NCBI RefSeq assembly: GCF_902459465.1
Contig: NC_047069.1
Span: 11,718,001-11,782,000 of the forward strand
Source of the DNA: Asterias rubens
Taxonomy: Eukaryota
DNA: 64,000 bases
Reading direction: 5' to 3'
The notes under the pieces: generated by a model
What the model saw: only the letters and a program-made list of their open reading frames with translations
The model's database searches: none
What the model was told of the DNA's origin: nothing
Part shown: positions 12,383 through 26,286 of the stretch, piece by piece
How the letters are laid out: each line of letters begins with the position of its first letter
Numbering within the stretch: position 1 is the first letter of the stretch
Made by a program: the position numbers and the translations under genes

Positions 12383-14572
12383 CCAAAAATTCTCACAGGA
12401 TGTTGATGTGCTAAAGCATGATTGAACTGGCTCATAATGTAGCCTATGCTGATGACCGTCTCGCAATCTTGCTCAGGGCAAACCATTTCGAATTACCCCC
12501 GCCCACCTACCTATTTCACAAGAACCAACATATTACATCAAATATGAAACCGGTCAAAAACATATCTGAATGCTTTTGAAACTATAATTGTCGGTTATGT
12601 ATACATGTATGTGGTAATCATCACTCATAAAAGTGCAGCGCAGTTCACAGTACTTCGTTGTGAGTATTACAGGGTTAATCTTAATGAAAACGCCTCTTGG
12701 CCATGTTTTTCCTGCACCAGTATCCCCAAAAGATGTTGATAGGTTCGTGCATTGTGTCAGCACCATGCCTCTTTTAGAGCCACTTCTCACAGTTCCGAGA
12801 CCCAACTAAGTTGACCAAAATCACATGACGTCATCGCCCATGATAAAGTTCTCTTGTGCCATTTTGGAGGTCATTTTCCCTTGCGTGTGCGTTTTAGGCG
12901 ACACGCGCGCGGTTCGAAAGTTGGATTTCCACACCACCATGGCAATCTTCATACCTTGTTGGAATAATGTTCGAGTCTGTAAGCATTAAAAGTTCATTCT
13001 AACCTCTGTTGTACACACCCTTTAAAGCATGTTAAAACGAGGGTTGAAATGGGCTATTGTTGAAGTTTCTCTGAAAATTTGTTAAAAGTTAACGGTACAA
13101 TGCAGTTAGTACTTTTTCACAACTTTTTTGCAGGCATTTTCTTTGCAGGAAAGGGAAAACATCATCATAATAATATATACCAGCTCGACCGTAGCGAACC
13201 GTTTTACATCAAAAACCACTGGTCCATGGTGTATGACTTTTTGTTCACAATCTATGAAATGTGACATTCGACAACAAAGGCCTATTGTGTGAGCAAGTGG
13301 GAGAGAAAATTTAACATTTCCAGACGATTCTTGTGGCTCATTTATGTGATTCCGGATCGGCTTTCATAAATAATGACAATGAACTTTTGCTTTGTCTGGA
13401 TATCGCGAGAACATAACCACGCGCCACTGAATATACGAGAACACCGGCTTCTTCGCGACGAAATCAAAAGCTATGTAACATTTTTGGCCGCAAGCAATTG
13501 AAAAGCTCCTCCAACAAATAAATATATCATCATTATTAAGTTTTTGTTTCTAGAATTCCCTCAAAGACACATTTCCAACTGCCAGTAGAGAATTTGACCT
13601 TCCTAAGTCTTACTAATAGCAGAAAGCATCAAACTTTTACCAGTGACTTTTCGTTACGTCGATAGCTCTTAACCTTAGCTTGTTTTCTCTCTAAAATGAA
13701 CTTGACGATTGATTCATAAACAAAAATACCGTGCAATCATTGTTCTTTCCTTGGTTTGTATACGTACGTGCTTGCTTGAGGAACAAATAATTCCCAGGAA
13801 CACACACGCGGGGCCGAGGGTCTGAACTAAATAAACACTATCCTCGGTTTCTGTCTGCCTCTGATGCTCTAATAACCATGTAAGAAACTTCACAACCAAT
13901 CCGCATTAGTATTGTATGCAGTTTCATTAACGTTACGTTCCCACACCTTTTTGGTCACGCCAAACGCGCACACTAAACAAAACAAAATACATCAACAAGA
14001 CACACGCACCAACTAAAACATACACTGTGTGCCAATTCATGCAAAACGCCCCCCTTTTAACTTACCAAATTATTGTCACATTCATTCCCAAATAAATGCT
14101 AAACCAGAATCTCTGGAGCGGAACCTGGAATTCCAAATAGAAAAACAAAACACAACACCCCGATTTGGAAACTGAATCCAATGAACGTTTTTAATGGAGA
14201 AATTGAATCACTGCTAAACCAGTGGGTGCAGGAAGACATCAATTCCGGTGGTCCTGGTGACGACTCAAACGAGGTTCTTACCCTTGAACTAAACGAAACT
14301 GAGACGGGTGAGAATTGACAACTACATCGGTACTCTCGAGTCTTAAAAGTGAAATCCAAGACACGGTGTTTACATCAAAATAAACGTTTGTAACAGAAAA
14401 CAAATGACATTTTGTATGAAACTTAAAGCGTTATAAAACACTGTCGTAATATTTTGTTCACTGAATTTCGTGGTACACACATGCCCATGAACTTTAGACT
14501 AGCGGGACTCGGATGCGGCCTACCCAAATCTGAACCAACGATTCGCAACAAGGGGGGTATACTAGAATTATG

Positions 14573-14898
14573 CAGGTCGATACTTCACGGAGGCAACGAA
14601 AGCGATTGCTTCCATGCCCCATAGTCATTGCCCTGGTGCCCTTGAAATTCCCGAGTAGCCGCATAGGGTACCATTTACCAAGAAGAAAATGCCTTGGTGC
14701 CCTTGCCCTTTCAAAAAAGAAGCATACAGCCCTAAATTGTATTTCTTTATTAAACAAGAACATGCCATTAGAAAGGGAAAGACCATTTTCATTCTGCAAA
14801 GGGCAGTTCTATTGGAAAATCTAAAAGTGGGAAACTTTTGAAGAGGCACCAAGACCAAGAGCATAGACAGCAGAGGGCAGGGCCTTCGTGGCCTCCAG
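14573..14898 (-). mobile_element. Family D/D' composite repeat
   Basis: Reverse complement of family D (14573-14720) next to D'-type sequence. Confidence 0.55.
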
Positions 14899-15806
14899 CT
14901 ATATATCCCCTTTCTTCTTCTATTGTTCTACAAGTCCAAGTATCAGAAAAAAATAACAAGTACCTTAATGTATAAAGAACCGAAACTGATTCACAAAGAG
15001 AAAAATCAAGTAATCGAGGGGGGGGAAATATTCTGATGATTTTATTAAAAAATTTGACAAACGTGTCGATGAAAAAGCGTTCCCAGATTTATTTTTTTCC
15101 AACAATGATCCTTTTCATTACGGGCAATTATTCCCCAGAATGTCCAAGTACATAAGCTGGTACTTTGGAGAGAAAACGTTGGTTTCAAAAAGTATGCCTT
15201 CCGGATGTTTTGTTCAGAACAATTGAGGGCGCTCCCCAACAAAGTACACGCCCTCAAGCGGGTTTGAAAGAATCCTTTTACAGAGGCTCGCGTGTGCATT
15301 ATAGGTAACAAAAGAAATTAAAATGAAATATGCATTTCTTTTGTTACTGCGTGAATGGGCTTTTTGAAAAAAAAAAGCAATTTTCATGAAGAAAACAAGG
15401 ACGACACGTTCGTGGTTATTTTCAAGTTCATTTTTCATTGTAATCGGACATAGAGGGTGGAACTTGGAATGCAGTGGTTAACCTTTTTCCGGGAGTTACT
15501 AAAAAGAAAAGGGAAAGCCTTCTTTTGTTACCGAGTGAGTGACATTAATATTACTGACAGATTCTTTTTATCAAACCTTTTAAAATGGTTTCAACACAAT
15601 TCCATCCATGATAAATTACAGCATAAACCTTCTTTTATAACGAATAGAAAAGGGTAGGCCTGTCTTTGCCTTTTTCAAAAGACCCGTGGTTCTTAGGTGC
15701 ACGCTTACAAATGCATGTAAGTACTGCAACTCCAAACTCAGTCTGTGGTATTAAAGTTAAATTGTGGCAGTTCAAACCACAGGCTGAATTGAGTTTGTTT
15801 TTTAAC

Positions 15807-15905
15807 TTAAAGGCAGTGGTAATTACTCAAAATAATTATTTGCATAAAACCTTGCTCCCCATTATGAGTAATGGGGAGCTGTTTAGTATAAACCATTGTT
15901 GGAAG
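15807..15905. mobile_element. Family A MITE 5' fragment with internal deletion
   Basis: ttaaaggcagtggtaattactcaaaataattatttgcataaaacc...gagtaatggggagctg. Confidence 0.65.
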
Positions 15906-16760
15906 CAGAGACGATGTTATAGAAAAGTCTCTGCGGCCTGGCTCGACAGTATCATGATAAAAAAAAATTCATCAAATCTGTTTCTTAAATCTGTATCACC
16001 TTTTGTAATAACATTTCCAGTGGGTAGTTTTATGCCAACTTCACGAAAAACAAAGGACTGGAAGGAGTTCACAGTCTACCCCTCGTTTCGTCAGCACTGA
16101 TGTACAACCCCCGGATGAGAGGCCCAATACACGGCAGCATTGTTATGATCACATCGTCTTCAAACACGCATGACCGAGTATTGAAGCCCAATTGTTGATC
16201 TTTCCTGTGTATAGGAGATGGCTATCCATCAGTGCTAGCTTAACCTGTTTATTTAATACAAGCAAGCTGATCAAAATTACAAACAATACGATACACAAAA
16301 GTCCCGTATGGGGGAGAAAAACTGTCAACTCACGTCAGTCAGTGGGTGCTTTGAGCGGGTCATTCCTATTGAGTTGTGTCTGTACACATTGTAGGTTCCA
16401 GGGGGCCAATCCGGGACCTCTTGGTATCGGCAAAAGTTGTGTTAACTTTAGGGGATTCGAATGGAACTTCTTTCTATGTTATTGTTACAGTTCAAAACTG
16501 TGTACATTATCGGTTAATCCAATACAAGTAAAGGAATCTAGGTCAAACATTGTATGAGGATGGGGAAATGATGGCTGATATTTTGTAGAAGGCAATAATA
16601 TTCAGTTGTGAAACCATTATTTCAAAACGGTGCGTTATCGATTAATACAAGAAGAAACTGGGCCTATATGTCAAAATGGTATGCGAATGGGGAAATGGTG
16701 GCTAATATTTGTATATGTAGAAGGCAAAAGCTGGTAGACTGTCCCTTATATCATGTAAAT

Positions 16761-16903
16761 CCATGCTTGTTTGTGAAAGGGCAAGGACACCAATGCATTT
16801 TCCCCTTTGTAAATTTCTACTGGAGCTTTTCAAGGACACCTAGGCAATGACCAGGGTGCATGGAGGCAATCACCTTCATTTGCCTCCGTGAAGATCAGGC
16901 CTG
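16761..16903 (+). mobile_element. Family D repeat
   Basis: Matches 8953-9121; ends gtgaagatcaggcctg. Confidence 0.6.
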
Positions 16904-18182
16904 TCTAGTCAAAGAATCCACATACGATGCTATATAGAAAGAAAATTGCAAGGAAGTTCCAAAGAAAGAGCACGTTAACCCGCGTCGCCGCAATGCGTTC
17001 ATATAGTTTGAATTAGCAATGCACTCTAAGTCTGCATTCCCATCCTATAGGAATCCGGTCCATTGCTTAACTTTAACAGACATTTGGGCCAGAATTCTTC
17101 CTTAATTACTTATTTTTTGTAATACTTTTCCTCTTATTTTACCAGGTGAACACGGCGAGGTTTTCATTTTGCGAGACAATGGAAAACATTATCTGTGCCA
17201 AAGGCTGTCGAGAATTGTAAGTGTTATTATGGCAACCTACAACCGTAAGAGCTATTGCTTGACAACGTTGGAGTTCTCAATCATTTATTTGGTGAGTTGA
17301 AACTTTTTTGTTTTGTTTATAGCAGTGTTGGGAAGGATCAGGTTACAATATGCACCAGAAAGGCAGACTTAACAGAAGGTGTGTTCAAAAATCATTTGCC
17401 TAAAACTTGCACTGGTCACGTTTCCAGCAGTCTGGGATTAATCCTAGCTCGATAACTCGCCCTAACTGGGTTCAATGCGTCCTACGTCTATGGATACGGA
17501 ACTTAATTCACCCTTAGTCCTAAGATGAATCCTAAGTTAGGAAGAGTTTGGTGAAATCAACGGCAGTGCGATTCAAAATGGCGGCCAACTTGATGACGAC
17601 ACGAAGTCAGGTGACTGTAGGGGTCAACTGCCGAACAATACGCGTATAAAAAGTATAGGGCTACTAAGCCGCCATAAACTGCCATTAATCATTTTTTTCT
17701 ACCTTTCAATGAGTTATGAAAAGGCTAGATTCCAACGTCAACAATTCGAGGAACATTGGTTGACTGGTTGTTTGGAAAAGAAAAGGTGTTTGGTGATCAT
17801 GCACTGGCCCTACGTGCGGAGTTTATTGCTCCATGGCGATACTGATATATTCAAAACAAAACATAAAAATAGGTCGGTTCCTTTTCGTGGAAGTGTTTTC
17901 TTGAACTAGTTAAATATAATCGGAAAATATGATTGTTTGCATTGAAATGAGTTCATTGTCATCGAAGACGAGAAGTCAAGGTTCACTACCAAGATGGCGG
18001 TCACATTTTGATAAGACTACAGTACCTTCGGACTAACCCTGGCTTCAACTGTTGAAGACTTACGCCTTCCAGGGACAAAGAACCAGACTAAAATAAAAAT
18101 GGCCGCCGGTCGATACTTGGAGGCCACAGATTTATTATAATTGCGTCAAATGTACACACAGGGGATGGTGTATCTGGCTTAC

Positions 18183-18298
18183 CTTATAATGCTCCAAAGC
18201 ATCGATGGCTCTATTGTATCCGTCCCCATTGTACGTACACAAAGCCGAAAGGATCTCGAAGACTTGTTTCTTCACCGTTACATTGTCCGTGCCCAACG
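18183..18298 (-). CDS. INF2: Inverted formin (INF2-like) internal coding exon, DID/GBD-FH3 region
   Basis: Polypyrimidine + cag acceptor (18301-18299), AAG|gtaagc donor. The 116-nt phase-1/phase-0 exon reads (A)[38 protein letters not shown], matching INF2 [39 protein letters not shown], and joins in frame to the 28219 exon. Confidence 0.9.
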
Positions 18299-19154
18299 CT
18301 GCGTGAAAGAGACAACAAATGAAACAAGGTTAGTTAAGAGCCTTGTGTGGAAACGCCGCCAAATTGTTCGGGTTACAATGTGGACGGGTTCAGTAACACC
18401 CAGGTAGTCTGGGAGTTTGGAAACACCTCTACTCTCATGTGGAAATTGAACCAGAAAAGGGGCCATGGTCATCCAATATCTATGACTGTGTGTAGTTTGT
18501 AAGATTTAAAACCACTTCGGTTTCATATCAGGTGGTCTGACTATAGGTAAAGTTTCATGCCGGTACGTTGAACTCTTCAAGCATGGTAAATTGGTTCTTT
18601 AATGGGCTTTTGATTGTGAAATATACCAGACTCTCATTTTCGATATAATTTAATAGTTCAACCACTTTGAAAATCAAGAAGTGGAAACTTATGACTGGTC
18701 AACTCTAAGACGGTCCACGCTCGCGACTCGTCAAACAGTCTTACGAAAAAATCATTTAGATTAGAAAACAACAATGATTGAGGTCTGGAAAGTGTAAGAT
18801 TCGTGGTCGTTGATGAGCGATAAAGAAACCTTGATGACTTTGATGTCTGAGGCATTTGTACTTGTTAAGAGCAATTGAGAAAATTCTGTTCGAATATATA
18901 TAGTGTGGCCCTTAAGTCACTGTATTTAACTATAGTTAAATCCATGTTTACAAGACGCCACCTCTTCCCGTTTTGTACTCATAATTACTGCCCAACAGTA
19001 CTTTCTTGAAATGTTTTGTCTCTTAATACGAGGGAGTAATGGGAAAGGTAGCCTAGATGGTACATATTAGAGTCTGATTTTGCAGAGTCTTTGATTACAC
19101 CGAAAATTACTTATGTTGGACGGAGTTTACTTGGGTGAGTTTCTGTCTGGCAAC

Positions 19155-19317
19155 CAGGCCTGTATTTTCATCTTTAAGAGGACATTTCCATTTTGCAAAG
19201 TGCACTTCCATAGGACAACATTATAGTATATATTGGGACACTTTTGAATGGGCACCAAGGCCAAGAGCCAGGGCACGGAGGGCATGACCTTTGTGGCCTC
19301 TGTAATTCCAGGCTCTG
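19155..19317 (-). mobile_element. Family D' repeat
   Basis: caggcctgtattttcat ... gggcaccaaggccaagagccag ... aattccaggctctg. Confidence 0.5.
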
Positions 19318-20419
19318 TCAACTGTTCTTAAGTTGAACAAGTTGGGAACCTTGCGAAGCGACATGTAGGTCCGGGCTCCGAAGCAGGTGCATTTTTTCGT
19401 CGTGTTGTCATCCACACTGGCCGCTGGGATGGAATAATGTTAAGTGTCATCATTCTTTGCAGGGTGTTATATAAATTATAAAAACGACAGTACATAATTC
19501 TTCAGGTGGTCAAAGTGTTTAAATGAGAGTCTGCCTGTAGTCAAAGCGTCTGTGTGCTGCGTTGTAAGAGCAGGGTTTTAGCTATAAAGTACTAAATTCG
19601 CGGTCGTTGAGTTCTAAAGAAACAACATTTGTGACCTTGGTGTCAGACGCTGGGAAAGTGAACTTTGTTTCGTGTTGTCATCTTCACTTGACGGTTTGGT
19701 ATAACCACAAAGCAAGGAACATGTCCTTGCTCTATGATACAACAGTGTAGTTCTTGGCAGGGATTGTAAAAACGAAAGCACAGAATCTTATTCAGATTAT
19801 GAGTTGCCTCTATACTTACTAGCCAAAGCTTAGGGGCTATGTGGGATGGGCTATGTGTGTGATGTGGCCCCAGTAATCGTGGCCCACTGGGACGTAAAGC
19901 TTGGATGAAGGTTGGTTAATAATCCCTTCTACGGTTAATCCTCACGTGGATTATCCAGACTTTCAGTATATCTAAAAGCATAAGTAATGCAAATGAGGAG
20001 TGCTGTACATGTGATTAGATGGTTATAAGCAAGAATAATTTGAAGTTACTTTAGCAATGTTTTGAAGGTTTTGCTTACGGTGGTAGATTATTTCAGGACC
20101 TAGCTAGATGCAGTGTCCAATGTAGGAAAATATTAAACTTTACATTTGAACGACTGCCGTATTTATCACGGTGGGGTTAAATCAAACTAGTTTTAAAAAG
20201 GGCTAAAGGTAGCAGTTAACAATGTTGTTTTGAGACAAGTTAGTAATGGTCAGCTATTGGCAGAATGCATTTCATCAAAACAATATTTATTTGGAGCTGT
20301 TGATGTGAACAGAACATAAAGACCGTGTATCTGAACATTTTAGGGTTGTGCTTTCTCCAAAACCTTGGTTCATAGCAAATCTTGTGTTTGGTTCTGATCA
20401 TAATATAATGAAATCATGC

Positions 20420-20580
20420 CCGTATGCTTCGTTTTTGAAAGGGCGGTGGCACCAAGGCAATTTCTCCTTGGTAAAGGGCACACAATGAGGAAGTTGTAAA
20501 CTTCTACTTGAACATATCAAAGGCACCAATTTCCTCATGGAGCCAATCGCCTTCGTTGCCCCTGTGAAGTATTCAGGCAT
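20420..20580 (+). mobile_element. Family D repeat, rearranged
   Basis: ccgtatgcttcgtttttgaaagggc...gccttcgttgcccctgtgaagtattcaggcatg. Confidence 0.6.
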
Positions 20581-20764
20581 GGGAAGTATTTATATCATTG
20601 GCAGAATGTATGAAGGGTTCGTGATGAGGCAATGTGCTCTTTAAGCTGGCTGAAATGAAACGTTAGCACTAAGGCTCTGATGTTTCTGATCAGCAGAGAG
20701 ACTGATCAGCAGAGTTTGAGTCCTGGTCGTGGCACTTGTGCAAGATGCTATACCTTAAAGTGAG

Positions 20765-21096
20765 CTGGGGTGGATTTCACAAAGGTATAGTCCTAACTTA
20801 GGACCAGTCCTAGGCAATGCTAAGAGATAGGACTAGTCCTAAGTTAGGACCAGTAACTCATCCTAACTTAGGACTGGTCCTATCTCTTAGCATTGCCTCA
20901 ACGAGTTCTGGGGTGGATTTCACAAAGGTAGTCCTAACTTAGGACTAGTCCTAGACAATGCTAAGAGATAGGACTAGTCCTAAGTTAGGACCAGTAACTC
21001 ATCCTAACTTAGGACTGGTCCTATCTCTTAGCATTGCCTAGGACTAGTCCTAAGTTAGGACTACCTTTGTGAAATCCACCCCAGAACTCGTTGAGG
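20765..21096. mobile_element. Palindromic Harbinger-type MITE (family F): truncated copy plus fold-back copy
   Basis: CTG-gggtggatttcacaaag ... ctttgtgaaatccaccc-CAG with internal taggactagtccta palindromes; 20896-21096 is a near-perfect 201-bp palindrome. Confidence 0.8.
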
Positions 21097-21216
21097 AGTA
21101 TACTATAGGGGTCGACCCCGGTGTTTATGGTTCTTATAGCAAGAAACTTTGTTTACAGGGAGGCTTGCGAGCTACAGTTATTAAGTTCACTTATGATGCA
21201 TCCTTGGTTTCATTAC

Positions 21217-21440
21217 CAGATCCCAATTTCTGCTTAAGCGACAAAATCATTGCGTAGTAAAATCAGATTACCGGCCAAGACTCCACTCAATTGTTATGCT
21301 AAGTAAACAACAGCTAAATCCCAGTCACAAGCAATGTATATGGCATGAAATTTTGGCCAGTAACATGTGTAAAACGAGCGAGCTATTTTCGTGCTTAAGC
21401 AATTTTTTTTGCGTAAGCAGCTCTGTGAAATTGGCCCTTG
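21217..21440. mobile_element. Harbinger-type MITE family E, diverged
   Basis: Body nearly identical to 26719-26957; right TIR cagctctgtgaaattggccc. Confidence 0.75.
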
Positions 21441-22506
21441 AATTGTAAAGAATAGTGCACAAGATGCGTTTTTGAAACCTGACTCCGGTTTGTAACTAAA
21501 CAACTTTGTATAAACTAACGAGTTTAAAACATGACAACGCTGCATCATCAGCCATCAGTACATGCCCATGCCAATGTGCTAAAACTCTTATTAATCAATT
21601 CTAAATTCCTGTGTCTTCGCCTGATGGTGAAGATGATCCAGTACTACAAGATAATTGCTCGGATGTCCCTGGACAATACCTAAACCGGCAATTAACGAAT
21701 GATGTTTTCCCTTCAAATTACGCGTCCAGGTACTTATTGTCACCTCACAATACCGAACGCGATGGAGCGAATTGCAGGGTCCTTCTTGGGTGGTGGTGGG
21801 GTGAGGGGGAGATTAGTGGAGGATACAGACTGGGTCTCAAAGGGCAGATGACCAGATAGGTTTATTCCACCACACTGAGCCTCTTGTGTTGGGTACGTTC
21901 TCCACCTTGTATGGGGAACTTGTTTTGGCGAGAGCGTGTGGTTAAGCCTTCCAAATAAAGAAGGCGTCTGGTGCTTAAGCATGTCCCGGAGGAGGTTGCC
22001 AAGATACCTGATCACAAAAGAGGGGAGGCTGATGAACAGCAGCTGCAGACATGTTGTTTACATGTAGATTTTGTTTGTTGGTTTCGTTGGTCTGCGCTTT
22101 CGTTTCAGATCCTTGCAAGTGTAGCTCCACCAGGAAGAAAGTGTATAGTGATAAATGTGAATTTGTTCCAACTAATACTTGGTGATGTAACGAAATCAAC
22201 CCGATCATGGTTGCAAATATTATGATCCTTACCTTGCATTACCAAAATGGCTTTTGATTCAAGATATGTGTACAGCAAATGTGCGACAATGTTTTGCACA
22301 TGGGATTGTGCTCGACTTGAACGCTATCTATCCAGACTTGGATTTAAACCCTGGTCAAGGCGAGAGAGTTTTGCCGAAAGTGGTGCTTTGGCAAAAACCA
22401 AATCGGACCACAATGTACTTTCGGAACCATGCTAAAATAGGGATGTAGGCTGGAGCTGAGTTTTGGGCCTTGCCTTCAGTCACAGCACTGAGGGCACCGT
22501 AGCTGC

Positions 22507-22877
22507 TTAAAGCCATTTGACCCTTTCGGTACAGAAAAAAAAAAATCACAGATTTACAAATAATTTACAGGGTTTACAGAAGGTAATGGTGAAAGACTTC
22601 TCTTGAAATATTAGTCCATGAAATGCTTTACTTTTTGAGAAAACGGTAAAACAATATATAAATTGTCGTTAGCGAGAATTACGGATTTGTTATAAACGCA
22701 TGTCATGACACGGCGAAACGCGCGAAAACAGGAGTGGGTTTTCCCGTTATTTTCTCCCGACTCCGATGTCCGATTGAGCCTAAATTTCCACAGGATTGTT
22801 ATTTTATATATAAGTTGGGATACACGAAGTGTGGGACATGGACAATACTGTTTACCGAAAGTGTCCAATGGCTTTAA
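22507..22877. mobile_element. Kolobok-type MITE family B
   Basis: TTAAagccatttgaccctttcggt ... accgaaagtgtccaatggctTTAA; left part resembles the family C arm, right part resembles family A. Confidence 0.75.
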
Positions 22878-24780
22878 GGGAAGGTTCCTCACCCCCAAAC
22901 ATAGTCTAAGTGTCGGCTGGAACTGATTGTTGTTGGTCCCGGTCACAGCGTGGTGGTAGAATGGTCACAGCAAGGGCACTTTGTGGAATTTGGTGCTTTG
23001 TGAGGTTGTTTTCGATACACATTGTACGTTTGGAACCTTTTAAAAAAGTATGGGTGTAGGCTGAGACTAAGCCTCCGATGGAAATTTTGATCGAGTGCAA
23101 CAAGTCAAACTATTACAGACAGAGTCTGGAACTGAACTGACGTTGCATAGTGAAACTTCATAAGGAAATGTCAGATACATTTAGGTCAAACGTTCAATGT
23201 TACAGAAAACGTCTGGGCGTAGGCTGGAACCATAATTCTTTTGCAACGTCAGTCTTTTAGAATAGCAAGTCAAAATTGTCAATATAGGTTACACAAGACT
23301 CATACAACAATAACCTAAAATACGGTTTGAATTCCAATGCTTTGCCGATTGAAAACATTTCCAAAGCCCAGACAAACATATCATAACCCCATCTATTCAA
23401 ATGTGCCTTTACGCCGATCTGATTTGAGGAGGGATCGTCCATTATCATGCTCTTACAGTATTCGTCAAAATCATTACCAATGTAACGCATGACTACCCAC
23501 TCGACAAATAATCTTATGACTTCTTACGATCCACTTGTGGTTCAACCATCGATCAAGGACCTACGAGTGAGTTTAAAACGTGCCGATCTAAAAAGAAATT
23601 TGGGTTATTTTGTCCTCAGATGTAAAAAGCACATCCTTTCCGGTTGTCCGGGTTTTATCAACTCACGACCGGGTAGAATTGAGCCCACAACACTGTAGTG
23701 TTATCAGCAGTCAACAAGAGGGCATGGGTACATACGCACATAAGTTTCCATTCACATGATGTTTGTTCGCGTATGGGTGTCCAAAAAAACAACCTGCCAA
23801 AACCTTTGGGCAAATCCAAAAGAGCCCTACGTGCAATTCCTGGACTGTCCACTCTGCTAAAAGCATTCGTTAGGGTCCCGTTTGTTTACATACTCAGAAC
23901 CCCTAACGTGTCCAGGGCGGATAGGGTTTCGACCATTGGTGCAAAGATTATAGAGCCTTATTTTGTGAGTATAAACCACCTCTAGGCTACCATCCCTCGA
24001 GCCACTCTCCGACCAAAGTGCTAATTAAAAAACTCTAACTCGGAAATGACTCTGCTGTGCTTTTGTTGTCCAAAAGTGGCTGTCCACAAAAGAGGGAACG
24101 TACTTTTTTTCATTCTCTCTGCGTGGCTGTTTCTTGCAATAATTTACAGTAATTTATTGTTATCCTGGATTTACAGTTACCCCTCTAGGGTCTTTTATTC
24201 TTCATACATCGGGCATTTTTGAGATGTTTTGATTACTTTTTGAATTCTCCCCCTCCCTTTTTCCGATAATTGGAATTTGCTCTTCATTACTCGCCTCGTT
24301 GGTAATCGTCAACGACAATAACAATCTTTGATTTGACCTGAAATGACAACGACTGACATGTGGTCTGAAAGCCATTTGTCAACTGTGTCAATTCAACTAT
24401 TTTGTATAAACCAGGTGCACTGTAGTCGCTAATGGTACCAGAAAGTGTTGTCTCTCTCAACCAAACTTGTGTCTGAGATACGGACAGTATTCAATAAAAA
24501 CTCATTGCCTGTTTGTATGTATACAATATTGTACAAAGTATGTTTTTTTTATATCAATGCATGACTAGGAAACAACTTCATCCTTTTGAAATCAATGACG
24601 AATTTAAAGATTTGAATTGTGGTAAATGTATGATTTCTACATCATCAATGGTTGGATGAGTACGTGAGCCCGATGTGGCTACTACTCGAGTAGATCGTAC
24701 ACACCATAATAGAACCCTGATACTATCTTCAACCGACCTAAATCTCCCGGTCCAGTTGGTATTGACAGCAGTGTTTAGCC

Positions 24781-24845
24781 TTAAGGGTTCTCGACAAGTC
24801 GATATTGTGCGCCATTTTAAGTGTTCCCCAACTATAGTCTCTACA
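24781..24845 (+). pseudogene. Possible Tc1/IS630-type transposase N-terminal HTH remnant
   Basis: KGSRQVDIVRHFKCSPTIVS resembles the G-x-SQRxVARxFxxSxxTIS helix-turn-helix; no DDE domain seen. Confidence 0.3.
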
Positions 24846-26064
24846 ATAGGTTGTACCCCTCCCCCTATATACCCAAAGTGTGTAGTTTGGCATTCAAATA
24901 AGAACCACCATTTTTGAACGCTCCACTGCCGCTGTTATAAATCTATTTGAATATAAGGTGACAGAAATTTACGAGGTCTTTAAATCTCCGCTTATCTTGA
25001 TAATAATCTGCCGACTTTCATTGAGTTTGGGTTTATGGTTTACTTTTTTTCCATCCAGATTTTGTTCTTTCTTTTCATGAAAGAAAAACTTGTAACAAAC
25101 CCATGGCTATAGATAGGCCAACATTGTAGCAACCGTGCTGTGGCACCACGGTGTGGATCCACCATTTTATTTTGTGTTATTTTATTATTATTTTTCCATT
25201 CCATAAATTGTATGTCCTTCACAGTTGGGTTTCTGAAAAGATGTCAACCAATTATATATGGTGGTTTTTTGTCCGCCCAGAGGTCCGAAGGCCATCTAAA
25301 GAATAATTTCAAGACCACTGTATGCGATCAACGAAAGAAAAAAAAATCACACGTATACAGACACCTGTTTTTCACTCAAACAGTAAACACAATTTTTTCA
25401 AAATTTAAATCGCTCTTTAACGGAAATGGAGTACAATATGATCACCATTTAGAGTTCTGTGACTTGATATTTTGGATGCCCAGCCAGAACTGAACACAAA
25501 GAGGGGGTCACAGTTGCAACCATAGAGGGGTGGGAAAATATCATGACATCCTAATGGCGAGTCTAAACATGACGTCACATGTGTAATACAAAATGGCTGC
25601 ATTTCCTAAACTAACTGTTCATATCACATCCGTTTGGGAAGTGCCTAACAACTTTTCGCTGCTGGGCATAAGCAGTGTATACTGTGTTACGCTTCATACG
25701 AGTTCTTTGCTATGGTTTGCATGAAGATGATTCTGTTTGCCTACATCTGTTTTATGTTTTGCAGGTGTATAAAGTAAGCCACTATACTTGTGACCTGTGT
25801 TTTAAACATGTATTGAGGTATCACATGGGGTTTGTTGTACATATTGTTCGCCGATCAGGAGACAGGTTTTCGATTTTTCTTATGATCTATAATCAATAAA
25901 ATACACTGTAATGTCGTCGTTTAGGTAGGCATTGATTTTCTCAGAGGTACCATGAGAAAATCAACTAAGATATCAAAAGGCTAGTATTGACAATGTTGTG
26001 CTTTAACATGTCTACAACAGTTAACCTCCAATGGGAGAATAGACATTCAATCGAGATATTAGTA

Positions 26065-26286
26065 CACTGCAATAACTTGGTGTTCAAATTAACACCGTTG
26101 CTGGTGTCACATATATATACCAACAAAGAATAACAGTTTACAACACAGGGTGTTAAAAATAACACTGATTTCTACCAAAACAATTACATTGGTGGTATTG
26201 TAACACCCTAAGTTAATTTTGATTCTCTGTTCTGTATATGTGGCAACACCCATTGTGTGAATGTTAACACCGCAGTTTGTGCAGTG
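26065..26286. mobile_element. CACTG-terminated MITE (EnSpm/CMC-like)
   Basis: TA-cactgca ... tgcagtg-TA with internal aacacc/ggtgtt motifs. Confidence 0.6.

Noticed and set aside
12704-12727. GDTGAGKT Walker A-like peptide on the minus strand
   Set aside because: No preceding hydrophobic strand, Walker B or convincing splice sites; likely chance.
17146-17291. Plus-strand exon-like segment (ccag| ... |gtgagt)
   Set aside because: Good splice signals but no recognisable peptide or partner exons; cannot be supported.
23257-23490. 77-aa minus-strand ORF inside the INF2-like intron
   Set aside because: No family resemblance or splice sites in phase with the formin.
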